34,140 nucleotides of DNA from a bacterium. Its GTDB lineage: Bacteria; Desulfobacterota; DSWW01. A program made the translations under genes and the position numbers. Positions 1-9,032 of the stretch are shown here, piece by piece. The stretch's first letter is position 1. The number at the start of each line of letters is the position of its first letter. The notes under the pieces were generated by a model. It saw nothing but the letters and a program-made list of their open reading frames with translations, was not told where the DNA came from and searched no databases. Where the stretch lies: positions 1 to 34,140 of the forward strand of contig JBFLZG010000104.1 of assembly GCA_040756235.1 (NCBI GenBank), in the 5' to 3' direction.

Positions 1-1
1 G

Positions 2-2650
2 AAGCGGTTCCACGATCCCGACGAAGGCTGGGTGACCCTTGCCATGGGGCTTCCAGAGATGAAACTCGCCGCCCCGGCCCGGGTGCGGCACCGGCCCGAG
101 GCTGCGCGGCCATCGGCCAGTCAGCTCCGGGAGCCGCCGCGGCAGTCGGGAACGACGCCGCAGGCCCGCTCCCTCGAACCCGGGCCGGTTGAGCCGGAGC
201 CCGGCGCCCAGGGCCGCACTCCGGCCCTCGATCCGGAATGGCCGGGACCCGGAGCTCCTTCCCCGATTGCGGCAGACGATGCGGTCCTCCGGGATTACTT
301 CCGCAACATGGACAAGTTCCTCCGGGTCCAGCAGGAGGTGATGGGAGCCTACCTGCAGGAAGGCGCCCAGCTCGCGGATTTCGTCCCGGCCGGACCCGCC
401 GGTGAGCAAGCCGTTTCGGTCCCCCTCCGGCCCTCCAAGGCAGGAGCTGCGAGCGACCGCCCGGCTCAGTGGGCTCCGGTCGTTGGGCCAGCTCCGGCGG
501 CGCCTGCGTCCGGGCCGGCGCAGCAGCGGCAGACAGTGCCGCAGACTGCCACCGTGGCCGAGCGCCTCCTTCAGATCGTCAGCGAGAAGACCGGATATCC
601 CATGGAGATGCTCAAGGCCGAGCTGGACATGGAGGCGGACCTCGGCATCGATTCCATCAAGAGGGTCGAGATCCTGAGCACCTATGACGCCCGCTGGGCC
701 TCCGAGGGCGAGATCGACATCGAGAAAGCCAGCCAGCAGAAGAGCCTCCGTGCCCTCATTGAGCTCCTGGAGAGCTCCAGGGCCGAATCCGCAACCGATG
801 CAGTCCCTCAGCCGCTTGACGAGCGCGCTCCTCCCTCGCCCCGGCACGAGAAGCTTCCCTTTGTGCGGGAGATCCGTCACCAGGATCCGGACAGGGCGGT
901 TTGCCTCTACCGGTTCCATTTCGATGAGGACCTGTTTCTCAGGGACCACGTTCTGGCCGGACCCGTCTCCGTTTACAACCCGGAGGCGAGAGGGCTCGCC
1001 GTGGTCCCCCTGACCGTGAGCTTCGAGATGATGGCCGAAGTGGCCTCACTGCTCGCGCCCGGGCTGCTCCCGGTGGGTCTGAGAAACGTGCGCACGAACC
1101 GGTGGATACCGGTCGCCGAGCTGGGTTTGACGGTGGAGATCGAGGCCAGGAGGAAGGGCAAGGAGGGCTCCCTTGAAGCGATCGAGGTCACGGTTCTCGA
1201 GCCCGTTTCGGAAACGGCAGACAAGAAGGCGAAACATCCCGTTTTCCTCTCCGGCACCGTGCTCTTCTCGGACCGCTTTCCCCAGGCTCCCGTTTCACGG
1301 CCTTTTTCAATCAAGGGCGAGCGGCCTTCCTTGTGGACCCCGGACCGTCTCTACCCGGGCGGCATGTTTCACGGCCGCCGGTTCCAGGCGGTCCGTTCGG
1401 TGGATACCTGGGGCGAGGACGGCACCCGGGCTACCCTCGAGGTCCTGCCCTTTCAGTCGTTTTTCCGGTCCTGCCCGGAACCGGAATTTCTGCTGGACCC
1501 GCTCGTCCTGGACGCTGCCGGCCAACTCGTGGGCTTCTGGACGATGGAACATCTCGAGAAGGGTTTCACGGCCTTCCCGTACTATTGCGAGGAGGTGGCC
1601 CTGTACAAGCCCCTCCAGGAGACCGGGGCGTCGGTCGGCGGCAGGGCCCGGATCGGGCTGTTCGGCGTGAATCAGATCCGCTCCGATCTCGAGATGCTCG
1701 CGGCCGACGGGAGCTTGTGGATGGCCATGCGAGGCTGGGAAAACAGGAGGTTCGAATTCCACCACCGATTCGAGCAATTCTGGAGGAACCCTCTGGAGCA
1801 CCTTCTCAGCGAGCCGTGGGAAGGGATGGTCGAGGCGCCCGGGACGACGAACGGCGCCTCCGCTTGCCGACGGCTGGAAACCCGGGTGCTCCGCGCCGAC
1901 GGCATGTGGAGGGAGGTCTGGGCCCACATCGTCCTCACGCCGGGAGAGAGGACCGTCTACCGCTCCATGACCGGAAGCGAAAAGAGGCAGGCGGAGTGGC
2001 TGCTCGGCCGGACCTTGGCCAAGGAAACCTTCCGTGGTCTCGTGCTGGAACGGACAGGGGTCCGGCTGGGCCCCGCGGACGTGGAAATCCGGGTGGATGA
2101 CGCCGGCTCCCCGGTCGTCGCGGGCCGGTGGAAGGAGGATCCCGACCTGCTGGGCCTCGAGCCCGCACTCTCCCTGACTCACTCCGGAGGCACGGCACTG
2201 GCGTGGGTGGTCCTGGGTGATGACCGGCCCTGGCGGATCGGAATCGATCTGGAAAACGTCGGCAACGGCGAAAGTCGAGACTGGGAGAGCCTTGCCTTCA
2301 CGGAAGGAGAAAAGAAGCTGCTCGATCGAAAGCCTCCGGCCGACCGGCAGGAATGGAAGATCCGCTTCTGGTGCGCCAAGGAGAGCGTGGCCAAAGCCAT
2401 CGGCATCGGTCTGTCGGGGAGACCCAAGGCGGTGGAGGTCCTGGAGGGGAGCGATGCGGACGGCGTCCTGACCTGTAAGGCCTCCTCCCTTGCGAGGGTG
2501 GCCGGCGACGGCGGCGCCGAAGACAACGGAGCGCGCATCGAGGTGCACACGCAGCGGGAGGGAGATTGGATCGTGGCCTGGGCCCGACTCCCGGCCGCAG
2601 GAGAACAGCTATGGCCGGACTGGCCAGAGAACGAATCTTCGAGGACCTGA
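2..2650 (+). CDS. Type I PKS/FAS-like protein (PfaA/Hgl-like), 5'-partial: Pro/Ala linker, ACP, double-hotdog dehydratase, C-terminal Sfp-type PPTase
   Basis: Frame is open from position 2. ACP motif DMEADLGIDSIKRVEIL; DH motifs FLRDHVLAG..VVP, MFHGRRFQ, LDAAGQ; PPTase motifs WLLGRTLAKE, IGIDLE, RFWCAKESVAKAIG. Confidence 0.9.
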   Translation, partial: KRFHDPDEGWVTLAMGLPEMKLAAPARVRHRPEAARPSASQLREPPRQSGTTPQARSLEPGPVEPEPGAQGRTPALDPEWPGPGAPSPIAADDAVLRDYFRNMDKFLRVQQEVMGAYLQEGAQLADFVPAGPAGEQAVSVPLRPSKAGAASDRPAQWAPVVGPAPAAPASGPAQQRQTVPQTATVAERLLQIVSEKTGYPMEMLKAELDMEADLGIDSIKRVEILSTYDARWASEGEIDIEKASQQKSLRALIELLESSRAESATDAVPQPLDERAPPSPRHEKLPFVREIRHQDPDRAVCLYRFHFDEDLFLRDHVLAGPVSVYNPEARGLAVVPLTVSFEMMAEVASLLAPGLLPVGLRNVRTNRWIPVAELGLTVEIEARRKGKEGSLEAIEVTVLEPVSETADKKAKHPVFLSGTVLFSDRFPQAPVSRPFSIKGERPSLWTPDRLYPGGMFHGRRFQAVRSVDTWGEDGTRATLEVLPFQSFFRSCPEPEFLLDPLVLDAAGQLVGFWTMEHLEKGFTAFPYYCEEVALYKPLQETGASVGGRARIGLFGVNQIRSDLEMLAADGSLWMAMRGWENRRFEFHHRFEQFWRNPLEHLLSEPWEGMVEAPGTTNGASACRRLETRVLRADGMWREVWAHIVLTPGERTVYRSMTGSEKRQAEWLLGRTLAKETFRGLVLERTGVRLGPADVEIRVDDAGSPVVAGRWKEDPDLLGLEPALSLTHSGGTALAWVVLGDDRPWRIGIDLENVGNGESRDWESLAFTEGEKKLLDRKPPADRQEWKIRFWCAKESVAKAIGIGLSGRPKAVEVLEGSDADGVLTCKASSLARVAGDGGAEDNGARIEVHTQREGDWIVAWARLPAAGEQLWPDWPENESSRT

Positions 2651-2895
2651 AAGAGCTCATTGCGAGCCTGTCCGAGGACTGGGAATTCAGCTCCCCGATC
2701 GCCCAGAGCACCTTTCTCATCCGGGACCTGGGCTTCGAGTCCATCGACATCGTCATCCTGTGCACGAACGTGGAGCAGCGCTACGGGCAGACCCTGCCGT
2801 TCTCCGAATTTCTGGCAGAGATCGGCCAGCGAGAGGTCCGGGACATCCGGATCGACGAGCTGGTCGAGTTTTTTCACAGGCATTTGAATGATTGA
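2611..2895 (+). CDS. Stand-alone acyl carrier protein
   Basis: ATG at 2611 after AGGAGA; 94 aa acidic protein with DLGFESIDIV attachment motif; overlaps the PKS stop by 40 nt. Confidence 0.88.
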   Translation: MAGLARERIFEDLKELIASLSEDWEFSSPIAQSTFLIRDLGFESIDIVILCTNVEQRYGQTLPFSEFLAEIGQREVRDIRIDELVEFFHRHLND

Positions 2896-2921
2896 CTGTC
2901 AGCTGCTTCATGGCGAAATGG

Positions 2922-2957
2922 CTTTTTCGGTCATGCTCGAGGAGTGATCGAAAAAGG
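2922..2957 (+). terminator. Imperfect hairpin after the ACP, possible terminator or processing stem
   Basis: CTTTTTCGGTCA...TGATCGAAAAAG inverted repeat; no clear U-tract on +. Confidence 0.35.
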
Positions 2958-2960
2958 GAT

Positions 2961-3171
2961 CCGTCATCCCGGCCCATGTGCGGAGCGCGTGGGAGCCGGG
3001 ATCCAGAAGCCCGCCCCAAGGGCAGCTGCAATGACGGGGCGCAGGGACTGGATTCCGGCCTCCGCCGGAATGACGGAAATCATGCGGCCGCGCCTCCGAG
3101 TCCTCCGGAATGAGTGGTCGCACGAGGGTCTGACCGGATTTATGACACAGCCTCCTCCGCCGGAATGACGG
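2961..3171. repeat. CGTC-type REP-like palindromic repeats
   Basis: CCGTCATCCCGGC...GCCGGGATCCAG (from 2961) faces CTGGATTCCGGCCTCCGCCGGAATGACGG (3048-3076); partial copies near 3103 and at 3156-3171. Confidence 0.75.
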
Positions 3172-3209
3172 AGAAGAGTCCGTGCCCAGTTAGAAGATTC
3201 GAAATTCAG

Positions 3210-3235
3210 TCAGGGCGACGCATGCGCCGCCCTGA
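3210..3235. repeat. REP-like palindrome
   Basis: TCAGGGCG-ACGCATGCGC-CGCCCTGA, a near-perfect 26 bp palindrome resembling the core of GTAG-type REPs. Confidence 0.6.
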
Positions 3236-3283
3236 ATCCGGACGCTTGCTGAAGGCGAGATCTCCACACGGAGGTGATTCCTC

Positions 3284-4888
3284 TTGGCCTTGGAAGCCAT
3301 GCTCATCGGGTGGGACGGGGCGACCTTTGCGCTGCTCGACCCTCTCGTTCGAAAAGGTGTGATGCCCCACCTCGGGAAGGCCCTCGAGCTGGGCAGCCGG
3401 GGCGAGCTGCTCTCCATCGTGCCGGCTCTGACGCCGCCGGCCTGGACTTCCCTTCTGACCGGCAGGACGCCGGGCCATCACGGCATCTTCGACTTCTTCC
3501 AGAAGGAGTCCGCTTCCTCTCTCCACCTCAGGCCCAGCCACTCCGGGAACATCCGGGCCGAAACCCTCTGGGACATGGCGAACCGGGCAGGCCGGCGGGT
3601 GACGACCCTCAACTACCCGGTCATGTTCCCGCCTCCTCCCGTGGAGGGCTACGTGATCAGCGGCGGCTGGCTGACACTGCGCCAGCTGCGGCTCGCTTGC
3701 CGGCCGGCCGCTCTGTACGACACGCTGCGGGGGCTCGATGGGCTCGACCCGAGAGAGCTGATCATGGACCTGTCCGAAGAAGAGCGGGCGATCGAAGGGT
3801 GCTCCCGGCAGGACATGATCGAGTTTGTGCAGAAGCACATCCGCCGGGAACGGCAGTGGGCGAAGATCGCCTTCCACCTGCTCGACACCGACCCGACCGA
3901 GCTGTTCTCCGTCGTCTTGGACGGAACGGACAAGATCCAGCATCTTTGCTGGCCGGTCCTGGCGGCTTTTGTCCGTGACGGCACCGCAGGGCAGGAAGAG
4001 AGGAATCTGCTCGATGTCTGCCTGGAATACTACCGAGAGATCGACCGCATCCTGGGCTCTCTGCTGGAGCGGGCCGCAGAAGGGGCGAATCTCGTGCTCG
4101 TCTCGGATCACGGTTTCGGAGAGAGCCGGGACATCTTTTTTGTCAATCAGTGGCTCCGCAAGATGGGCCATCTGGCCTGGAAAGACGAGCAAGGACCGAT
4201 GGCCGCCGGCGGAAAATCGCTGGGCATGAGGCACCTGTCGCGCCACGTGACCGAGATGGACTGGGAGAAGACCCGCGCCTTTGCCTCGACTCCTTCCAGC
4301 AACGGCATCCATCTGGCGCCGGGCTGCGCGGCGACCCTGCCGGAGCGGGAGCGGGAGGAGCTGCTCGAAGAGCTGATCGGCGGCCTTGCGGCGCTGCGCA
4401 GCCCGACGACGGGAGGGCCCCTCGTCCGGCGCGTATGGAAGAGGCGCGAGGCGTTTCCGGGCCCCTATGGCGATCTCGGCCCGGACCTGACCCTCTGCCT
4501 CTGGGACGGAGGGCTCGTTTCGATCCTCGCGTCCGAAGACTCCGTTCAGGCAAGGGACCTCCCCGTGGGCGCACACCGGCCGGAAGGCGTCTTCCTCGGC
4601 GTAGGCCCGGCTTTTGCCCGAGACACGGACGCCCGCGGCCTCTCGATCCTGGACGTGGCACCGACGATGCTCCACCTCATGAAGCTTGCCGTGCCCGAGT
4701 CCCTGGAGGGCAGGGTCCGACCGGAAGTCTTGTCGCGAGAATTCCGAGCCGGAAGACAGGCGGTCGACTGGGAGGCGCCGCCCGTCTGCAACCGAGAGGA
4801 GACGGCGCAGGACGGGCCCGAGCTCTTCACGGAAGAGGACGAGAAGGAGATCGCCGAAAGACTCCGCCGGCTGGGATACGTGGAATAG
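3284..4888 (+). CDS. Alkaline phosphatase superfamily protein (type I phosphodiesterase/nucleotide pyrophosphatase-like)
   Basis: IGWDGAT, SIVPALTPPAWTSLLTG..PGHHGIFDF, VSDHGF, GAHRPEG, C-terminal ERLRRLGY; GGAGG before TTG. Confidence 0.88.
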   Translation: MALEAMLIGWDGATFALLDPLVRKGVMPHLGKALELGSRGELLSIVPALTPPAWTSLLTGRTPGHHGIFDFFQKESASSLHLRPSHSGNIRAETLWDMANRAGRRVTTLNYPVMFPPPPVEGYVISGGWLTLRQLRLACRPAALYDTLRGLDGLDPRELIMDLSEEERAIEGCSRQDMIEFVQKHIRRERQWAKIAFHLLDTDPTELFSVVLDGTDKIQHLCWPVLAAFVRDGTAGQEERNLLDVCLEYYREIDRILGSLLERAAEGANLVLVSDHGFGESRDIFFVNQWLRKMGHLAWKDEQGPMAAGGKSLGMRHLSRHVTEMDWEKTRAFASTPSSNGIHLAPGCAATLPEREREELLEELIGGLAALRSPTTGGPLVRRVWKRREAFPGPYGDLGPDLTLCLWDGGLVSILASEDSVQARDLPVGAHRPEGVFLGVGPAFARDTDARGLSILDVAPTMLHLMKLAVPESLEGRVRPEVLSREFRAGRQAVDWEAPPVCNREETAQDGPELFTEEDEKEIAERLRRLGYVE

Positions 4889-4890
4889 CT

Positions 4891-4975
4891 GTCAGGTGCA
4901 AGGTTTCGGGTGTCGGATTTCGGCCCGTCCCAGGCCTTACAACTGAAACTCGAAAGCCGCTACCTGATCCCTGAT
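4891..4975. repeat. Degenerate heptamer tandem repeats in inverted arrangement
   Basis: GTCAGGT GCAAGGT TTCGGGT GTCGGAT followed by AACTGAA ACTCGAA AGCCGCT ACCTGAT CCCTGAT. Confidence 0.6.
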
Positions 4976-4986
4976 GAGGAGAAAAC

Positions 4987-5877
4987 GTGCCGAAGATCCA
5001 CACCAACGGAACTCGTATCCATTACCTGCAAATCGGCAAGGGGCCGGATGTCGTCCTGCTCCACGGCCTCGGCGGAAACCTGGCCATCTGGTTCCTTCGT
5101 CTCGTGGACGAGCTCCGGGGCCGGTTTCGCATCACCGCCCTCGACCTTCGCGGCCATGGGAAGAGCGACTGCCCGCCGGCGGGTTACACGACCCGGGACA
5201 TGGCCGAAGACCTCGCCGGCGTGCTCGAAGGCCTGAGCATCGGGACGGCCCATCTGCTCGGGCACAGCTTCGGAGCCGACGTCGCCCTGCACTTTTCGAT
5301 CCTCCACCCCGAGCGCACCGACCGCATGGTGCTGATCGAGCCCGGGGTCGCCGCCCTCCTGGATTACCGGAAAAGCGACAAGTGGGTCGGCTGGGACTAC
5401 TGGGTCGGCAAGCTCGCCGAGTTCGGCATCGAGGTCCCCCCCGAAAAGCGTACGGACGCCGGCTTCCTGCTCCGCCAGACGGTCCACATTCCCATCCAGT
5501 TCGGCCCTGCCCGCGGGCGACCGAGAAATATCGCGCCGCTGCTCAAGCTCCTGGACACCACGACGATCCTGACGGACTACGAGAAAGTGGCCGGGATGAC
5601 CCTGGACAAGATCGCGGGCGTCCGGCGCCCGGTCCTGCTGGTGTACGGCGAGAGCTCTCATTTTCTGGTCTCCTACGAGCAACTGAAGGGGATCCTGCCC
5701 GTCTTCAGAAGCTATCTCATCCCGGGCGGGAGCCACTACGGGCCGCTCGAGCAGCCGGAGATGCATGTCGAGCCGTTGGTGTCCTTTCTGCTCTCCGAGG
5801 ACGCCTGGGGGCTGCTGCCCGCGACTTCCCCGGCGCCGGAAGCGGAACCCGCGAGCAAGGAGGCTTACGGTGGATAG
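4987..5877 (+). CDS. Alpha/beta hydrolase (possible trans-acting thioesterase)
   Basis: LLHGLGG, DLRGHGKS, GHSFG nucleophile elbow, GGSHYGP His motif; GAGGAG before GTG. Confidence 0.9.
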   Translation: MPKIHTNGTRIHYLQIGKGPDVVLLHGLGGNLAIWFLRLVDELRGRFRITALDLRGHGKSDCPPAGYTTRDMAEDLAGVLEGLSIGTAHLLGHSFGADVALHFSILHPERTDRMVLIEPGVAALLDYRKSDKWVGWDYWVGKLAEFGIEVPPEKRTDAGFLLRQTVHIPIQFGPARGRPRNIAPLLKLLDTTTILTDYEKVAGMTLDKIAGVRRPVLLVYGESSHFLVSYEQLKGILPVFRSYLIPGGSHYGPLEQPEMHVEPLVSFLLSEDAWGLLPATSPAPEAEPASKEAYGG

Positions 5878-6727
5878 CGTGATCGTCACGGGCAGCGGCA
5901 CCGGGCTCGGCCGGGAGACGTCCCTGCATCTTGCCGGAAGGGGGTTCGCCGTCTACGCGACGGTTCTGAACGATGAGCAGGCCCGGTCGCTCGAAGCGGC
6001 GGCCCGGGAGCGCAAGGTGTCCGGTCTGCGGGTCCTCCCCATGGACATCACGGACCGCGCCAGCATCGAGAGCGCGACCGAGACCGTGCTCCGGGAAACG
6101 GGCGGCATCTACGGCCTGGTCAACAACGCGGGCATCGGCCTCAGGGGTTTCTTCGAGGACCTTGCGGAGCCGGAGATCCGCAGGCTCTTCGACACGAACG
6201 TGTTCGGAACCATGGCGGTCACACGCACGGTGTTGCCCCACATGAGGGCCGCCGGGAGGGGGCGCATCGTCATGGTGACCTCCATCGGCGGACGCATCGG
6301 CTCGCTCGCCGTGTCCACCTACTGCGCGACCAAGTTTGCCCAGGAGGGCTTCGGCGAGTCCCTCTACCAGGAGCTCCTGCCTCTGGGCATCCGGGTTGTG
6401 CTGATCGAGCCGGCGATCGTGAACACGGAGCGATGGGGGATCCATCGCGGTGTCGCCCGCGGCGCCCAGGACCCGGCCAGCCCGTACCACCGGTGGTTCC
6501 AGCGGGAGGAGGCGCTCGCAAGCCGGATCTCGGCTGCCGCACCCACTCAGTCCGCCGACGTGGCCAGGGCCATCCACAGGGCCCTCGCCGCCCGGCGCCC
6601 GAAGCTCCGGTACATGGTGGGCAAGAGGGCGAGGCTCGTCTTTCTCATGCGGCGCTACCTGCCGGAACCTCTTTTCGATCGGGTGTACTTCGGTGGAATC
6701 GTTCGCTACGTCACCCGCTCCTCGTGA
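5870..6727 (+). CDS. SDR family NAD(P)-dependent oxidoreductase
   Basis: VTGSGTGLG, LVNNAGI, YCATK; GTG at 5870 after AAGGAGG, overlapping the upstream stop. Confidence 0.9.
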   Translation: MDSVIVTGSGTGLGRETSLHLAGRGFAVYATVLNDEQARSLEAAARERKVSGLRVLPMDITDRASIESATETVLRETGGIYGLVNNAGIGLRGFFEDLAEPEIRRLFDTNVFGTMAVTRTVLPHMRAAGRGRIVMVTSIGGRIGSLAVSTYCATKFAQEGFGESLYQELLPLGIRVVLIEPAIVNTERWGIHRGVARGAQDPASPYHRWFQREEALASRISAAAPTQSADVARAIHRALAARRPKLRYMVGKRARLVFLMRRYLPEPLFDRVYFGGIVRYVTRSS

Positions 6728-6734
6728 TCCGGAA

Positions 6735-7649
6735 GTGCCGGGCACCTCCATCCCGGCCGGCTACGGCAGGGAACTGCCGGGCCGCGGCAGAAGCGTTCTC
6801 GTCACGGGCGCCTCTTCCGGCCTGGGCCTGGAGACCTGCGTGCATCTGGCCGGTCTGGGTTTCCACGTCTATGCCACGATGCGCGACCTCGGCCGTGCGG
6901 CCGGCCTGGAGGCCAGGGCGAGGGCGGCCGGTGTGCCGATCGCGCTCGGGCGGCTCGACGTGACGGAGGACGACAGCATCCGGGCCGCGGTGGACGAGAT
7001 CGAGCGGGCCGAGGGACCGCTCTACGGGCTCGTGAACAACGCGGGAATCATCGTGCGCGGCTATTTCGAGGACCTCCGGGAGGAGGAGATCGAACGCATC
7101 TTCCGCACCAATCTGTTCGGTCCGATGGCCGTGAGCCGCGCGGCCCTGCCGGGCATGCGGAAGGCCGGAGGCGGCCGCATCGTGATGATCGGCTCGACCG
7201 GAGGCAGGCTCGGCCTGGCCGGATCGAGCGCTTACTGCACGGCCAAGTTCGCGCTCGCCGGCTTTTCCGAGTCGCTCGCTCAGGAGGTCGTGCCCTTCGG
7301 GATCCGCGTGGTTCTGGTCGAGCCCGCCATCATTCGGACCGAGCTTTTCGGCCAGAACCTGGGGATCGCCCGAGGCGCCCGCGATCCTGCGAGCCCCTAT
7401 GCGGCCCGATTCGAAGCGCTCCTGTCTCTCTCGCTCGACAGGAGCCGCAGGTCCGGCCTGAGCGCGGTCGACGTGGCAAAGGCGGTGGAAAAAGTGCTCC
7501 TCATGAACAAGCCTCCCATGCGGATGACGGTCGGCAGCAGGGCGCGGGCGCTCCTTCTCCTCAAGCGCATCGCGCCCGAGGAGGCCTTCCAGCGCGTCTT
7601 CACCTGGGCCTTCTTTCGCAAGCTCGAGCGCGCGGGCAAGCGGGGCTAG
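6735..7649 (+). CDS. SDR family oxidoreductase, paralog of the upstream SDR (start approximate)
   Basis: VTGASSGLG, LVNNAGI, YCTAK; shares RGxFEDL and ARGAxDPASPY with the upstream SDR. Confidence 0.88.
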   Translation: MPGTSIPAGYGRELPGRGRSVLVTGASSGLGLETCVHLAGLGFHVYATMRDLGRAAGLEARARAAGVPIALGRLDVTEDDSIRAAVDEIERAEGPLYGLVNNAGIIVRGYFEDLREEEIERIFRTNLFGPMAVSRAALPGMRKAGGGRIVMIGSTGGRLGLAGSSAYCTAKFALAGFSESLAQEVVPFGIRVVLVEPAIIRTELFGQNLGIARGARDPASPYAARFEALLSLSLDRSRRSGLSAVDVAKAVEKVLLMNKPPMRMTVGSRARALLLLKRIAPEEAFQRVFTWAFFRKLERAGKRG

Positions 7650-7650
7650 G

Positions 7651-8955
7651 ATGTCGAAGTTCCTCATCGCCTGCTGGTCCTTTCCCGGCCACGTCCGGCC
7701 GTGCCTGGTCCTGGCACGCGCGCTGAGGGAGCGCGGCCACACCGTCGCCTTCTACACCGGGTCCAGGGGCGGCGCAGCCGTGCGTGAAGAAGGCTTCCCC
7801 CATTTCCCTTTCGAGCAGGTGGACGAGGACGCCCTGTACGCCAGGCTGTTCCCGAAGAACGGCGCCTCCGCCGATGCGCGCCACCCCCTGCGGTTCATCC
7901 GGACGTTGCGCGCCTGGACGCTGGCCACCGTTCCCGGCCAGGTATCCGATTTGGCGAATCTGCTGGCCCGGTGGACGCCCGACGTCCTCGTCACGGACGT
8001 GACGATGTGGGCCCCTTTTCTGGTGCTCGCGGACAGGCTGCCGACCCCGGTTGCCGTGCTCGCGTTCGCGCCCGGCTGCATGATCCCCCACCGGGAGGTA
8101 CCGCCGTGGGGGCTCGGGCTCGAGCCCTCGCACCTTCCCTGGAAGCAGATCCACTACCGGGTCGCAGCCGCTCTGCACCGCCGCACCGCCGAGTCTTTCC
8201 GGAAAACCGCCAACCGCCTGCGCCGGCGCTACGGGCTGCCCGGCATCGACGTCCCCGTGAACGCCTATGCCGCGAGGGCTGCTCTCTACCTGGTCCCGAG
8301 CGCGCGGGAGCTGGACGACCCGAGGAGCGACTTGCCGGGATCGGTCCATTACATCGGCGCCCTGGCGGAGCGAAAGCCTGCAGGGGATGCCAGGCTCCCG
8401 GCGTGGTTCGCCTCCCTGAGGCCCGGCTGGCCCAGGGTCCACGTGACGGAGGGGACCGTTTCCTTCCGGGAGCCCTTTCTCCTGAAGGCAGCCGTCGAGG
8501 CCTTCCGCGGCGAGCCCGTCGAAGTCATCCTGACGACGTGCCGGGAGCAGGCCCCGCGCTTCCTGGATCCTCGCGAGCTGCCTCCCAATGTTCACGCGGA
8601 AACGTTCCTTCCCCACGAAGCGCTGCTCCCGGAGATCGACTGCCTGGTCACGACCGGCGGGGCCGGGACCGTCCTGACAGCCCTGGAGCACGGGGTTCCC
8701 ATGGTCGTGGTGCCGACCGAGTGGGACAAGCCGGACAACGCGCGGCATGTCCGCAAGATCGGCGCCGGAGTCGTGCTCTCGCCGAAACGGTGCAAGGCAT
8801 CCGCCCTGCGCAAGTCGGTCGCCGGCGTCCTGGCCGGGCCGTCCTACCGCGAGGCGGCGCGCCGGATGGGATCCGTCCTTCGGGCCTATCGGGGGGCAGA
8901 GCGGGGAGCAGAGCTTCTGGAAGAACTGTCGTCGAGGGGCGTTTCCGGACCATGA
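7651..8955 (+). CDS. GT1 / MGT-family UDP-glycosyltransferase
   Basis: N-terminal PGHVRP..LARALRERGH; C-terminal FLPHEALL...TTGGAGTV..ALEHGVPMVVVP..WDKPDNA. Confidence 0.9.
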   Translation: MSKFLIACWSFPGHVRPCLVLARALRERGHTVAFYTGSRGGAAVREEGFPHFPFEQVDEDALYARLFPKNGASADARHPLRFIRTLRAWTLATVPGQVSDLANLLARWTPDVLVTDVTMWAPFLVLADRLPTPVAVLAFAPGCMIPHREVPPWGLGLEPSHLPWKQIHYRVAAALHRRTAESFRKTANRLRRRYGLPGIDVPVNAYAARAALYLVPSARELDDPRSDLPGSVHYIGALAERKPAGDARLPAWFASLRPGWPRVHVTEGTVSFREPFLLKAAVEAFRGEPVEVILTTCREQAPRFLDPRELPPNVHAETFLPHEALLPEIDCLVTTGGAGTVLTALEHGVPMVVVPTEWDKPDNARHVRKIGAGVVLSPKRCKASALRKSVAGVLAGPSYREAARRMGSVLRAYRGAERGAELLEELSSRGVSGP

Positions 8956-9032
8956 GGGCGCCCCATGCGCCGCCTGCAAGGGCGGAAAGAAGAGAGTCCA
9001 TCGAGCGGCCGTCCAACGGCCGGGGGGGAGCC

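Noticed and set aside
2..2650. Enediyne PksE assignment
   Set aside because: There is no KR between ACP and DH, and no recognisable enediyne cassette genes in the window.
7971..8951. N-terminal part of the 898 aa ORF
   Set aside because: It overlaps the glycosyltransferase out of frame and is Arg/Pro/Gly-rich; the real gene starts at 8952 or later.
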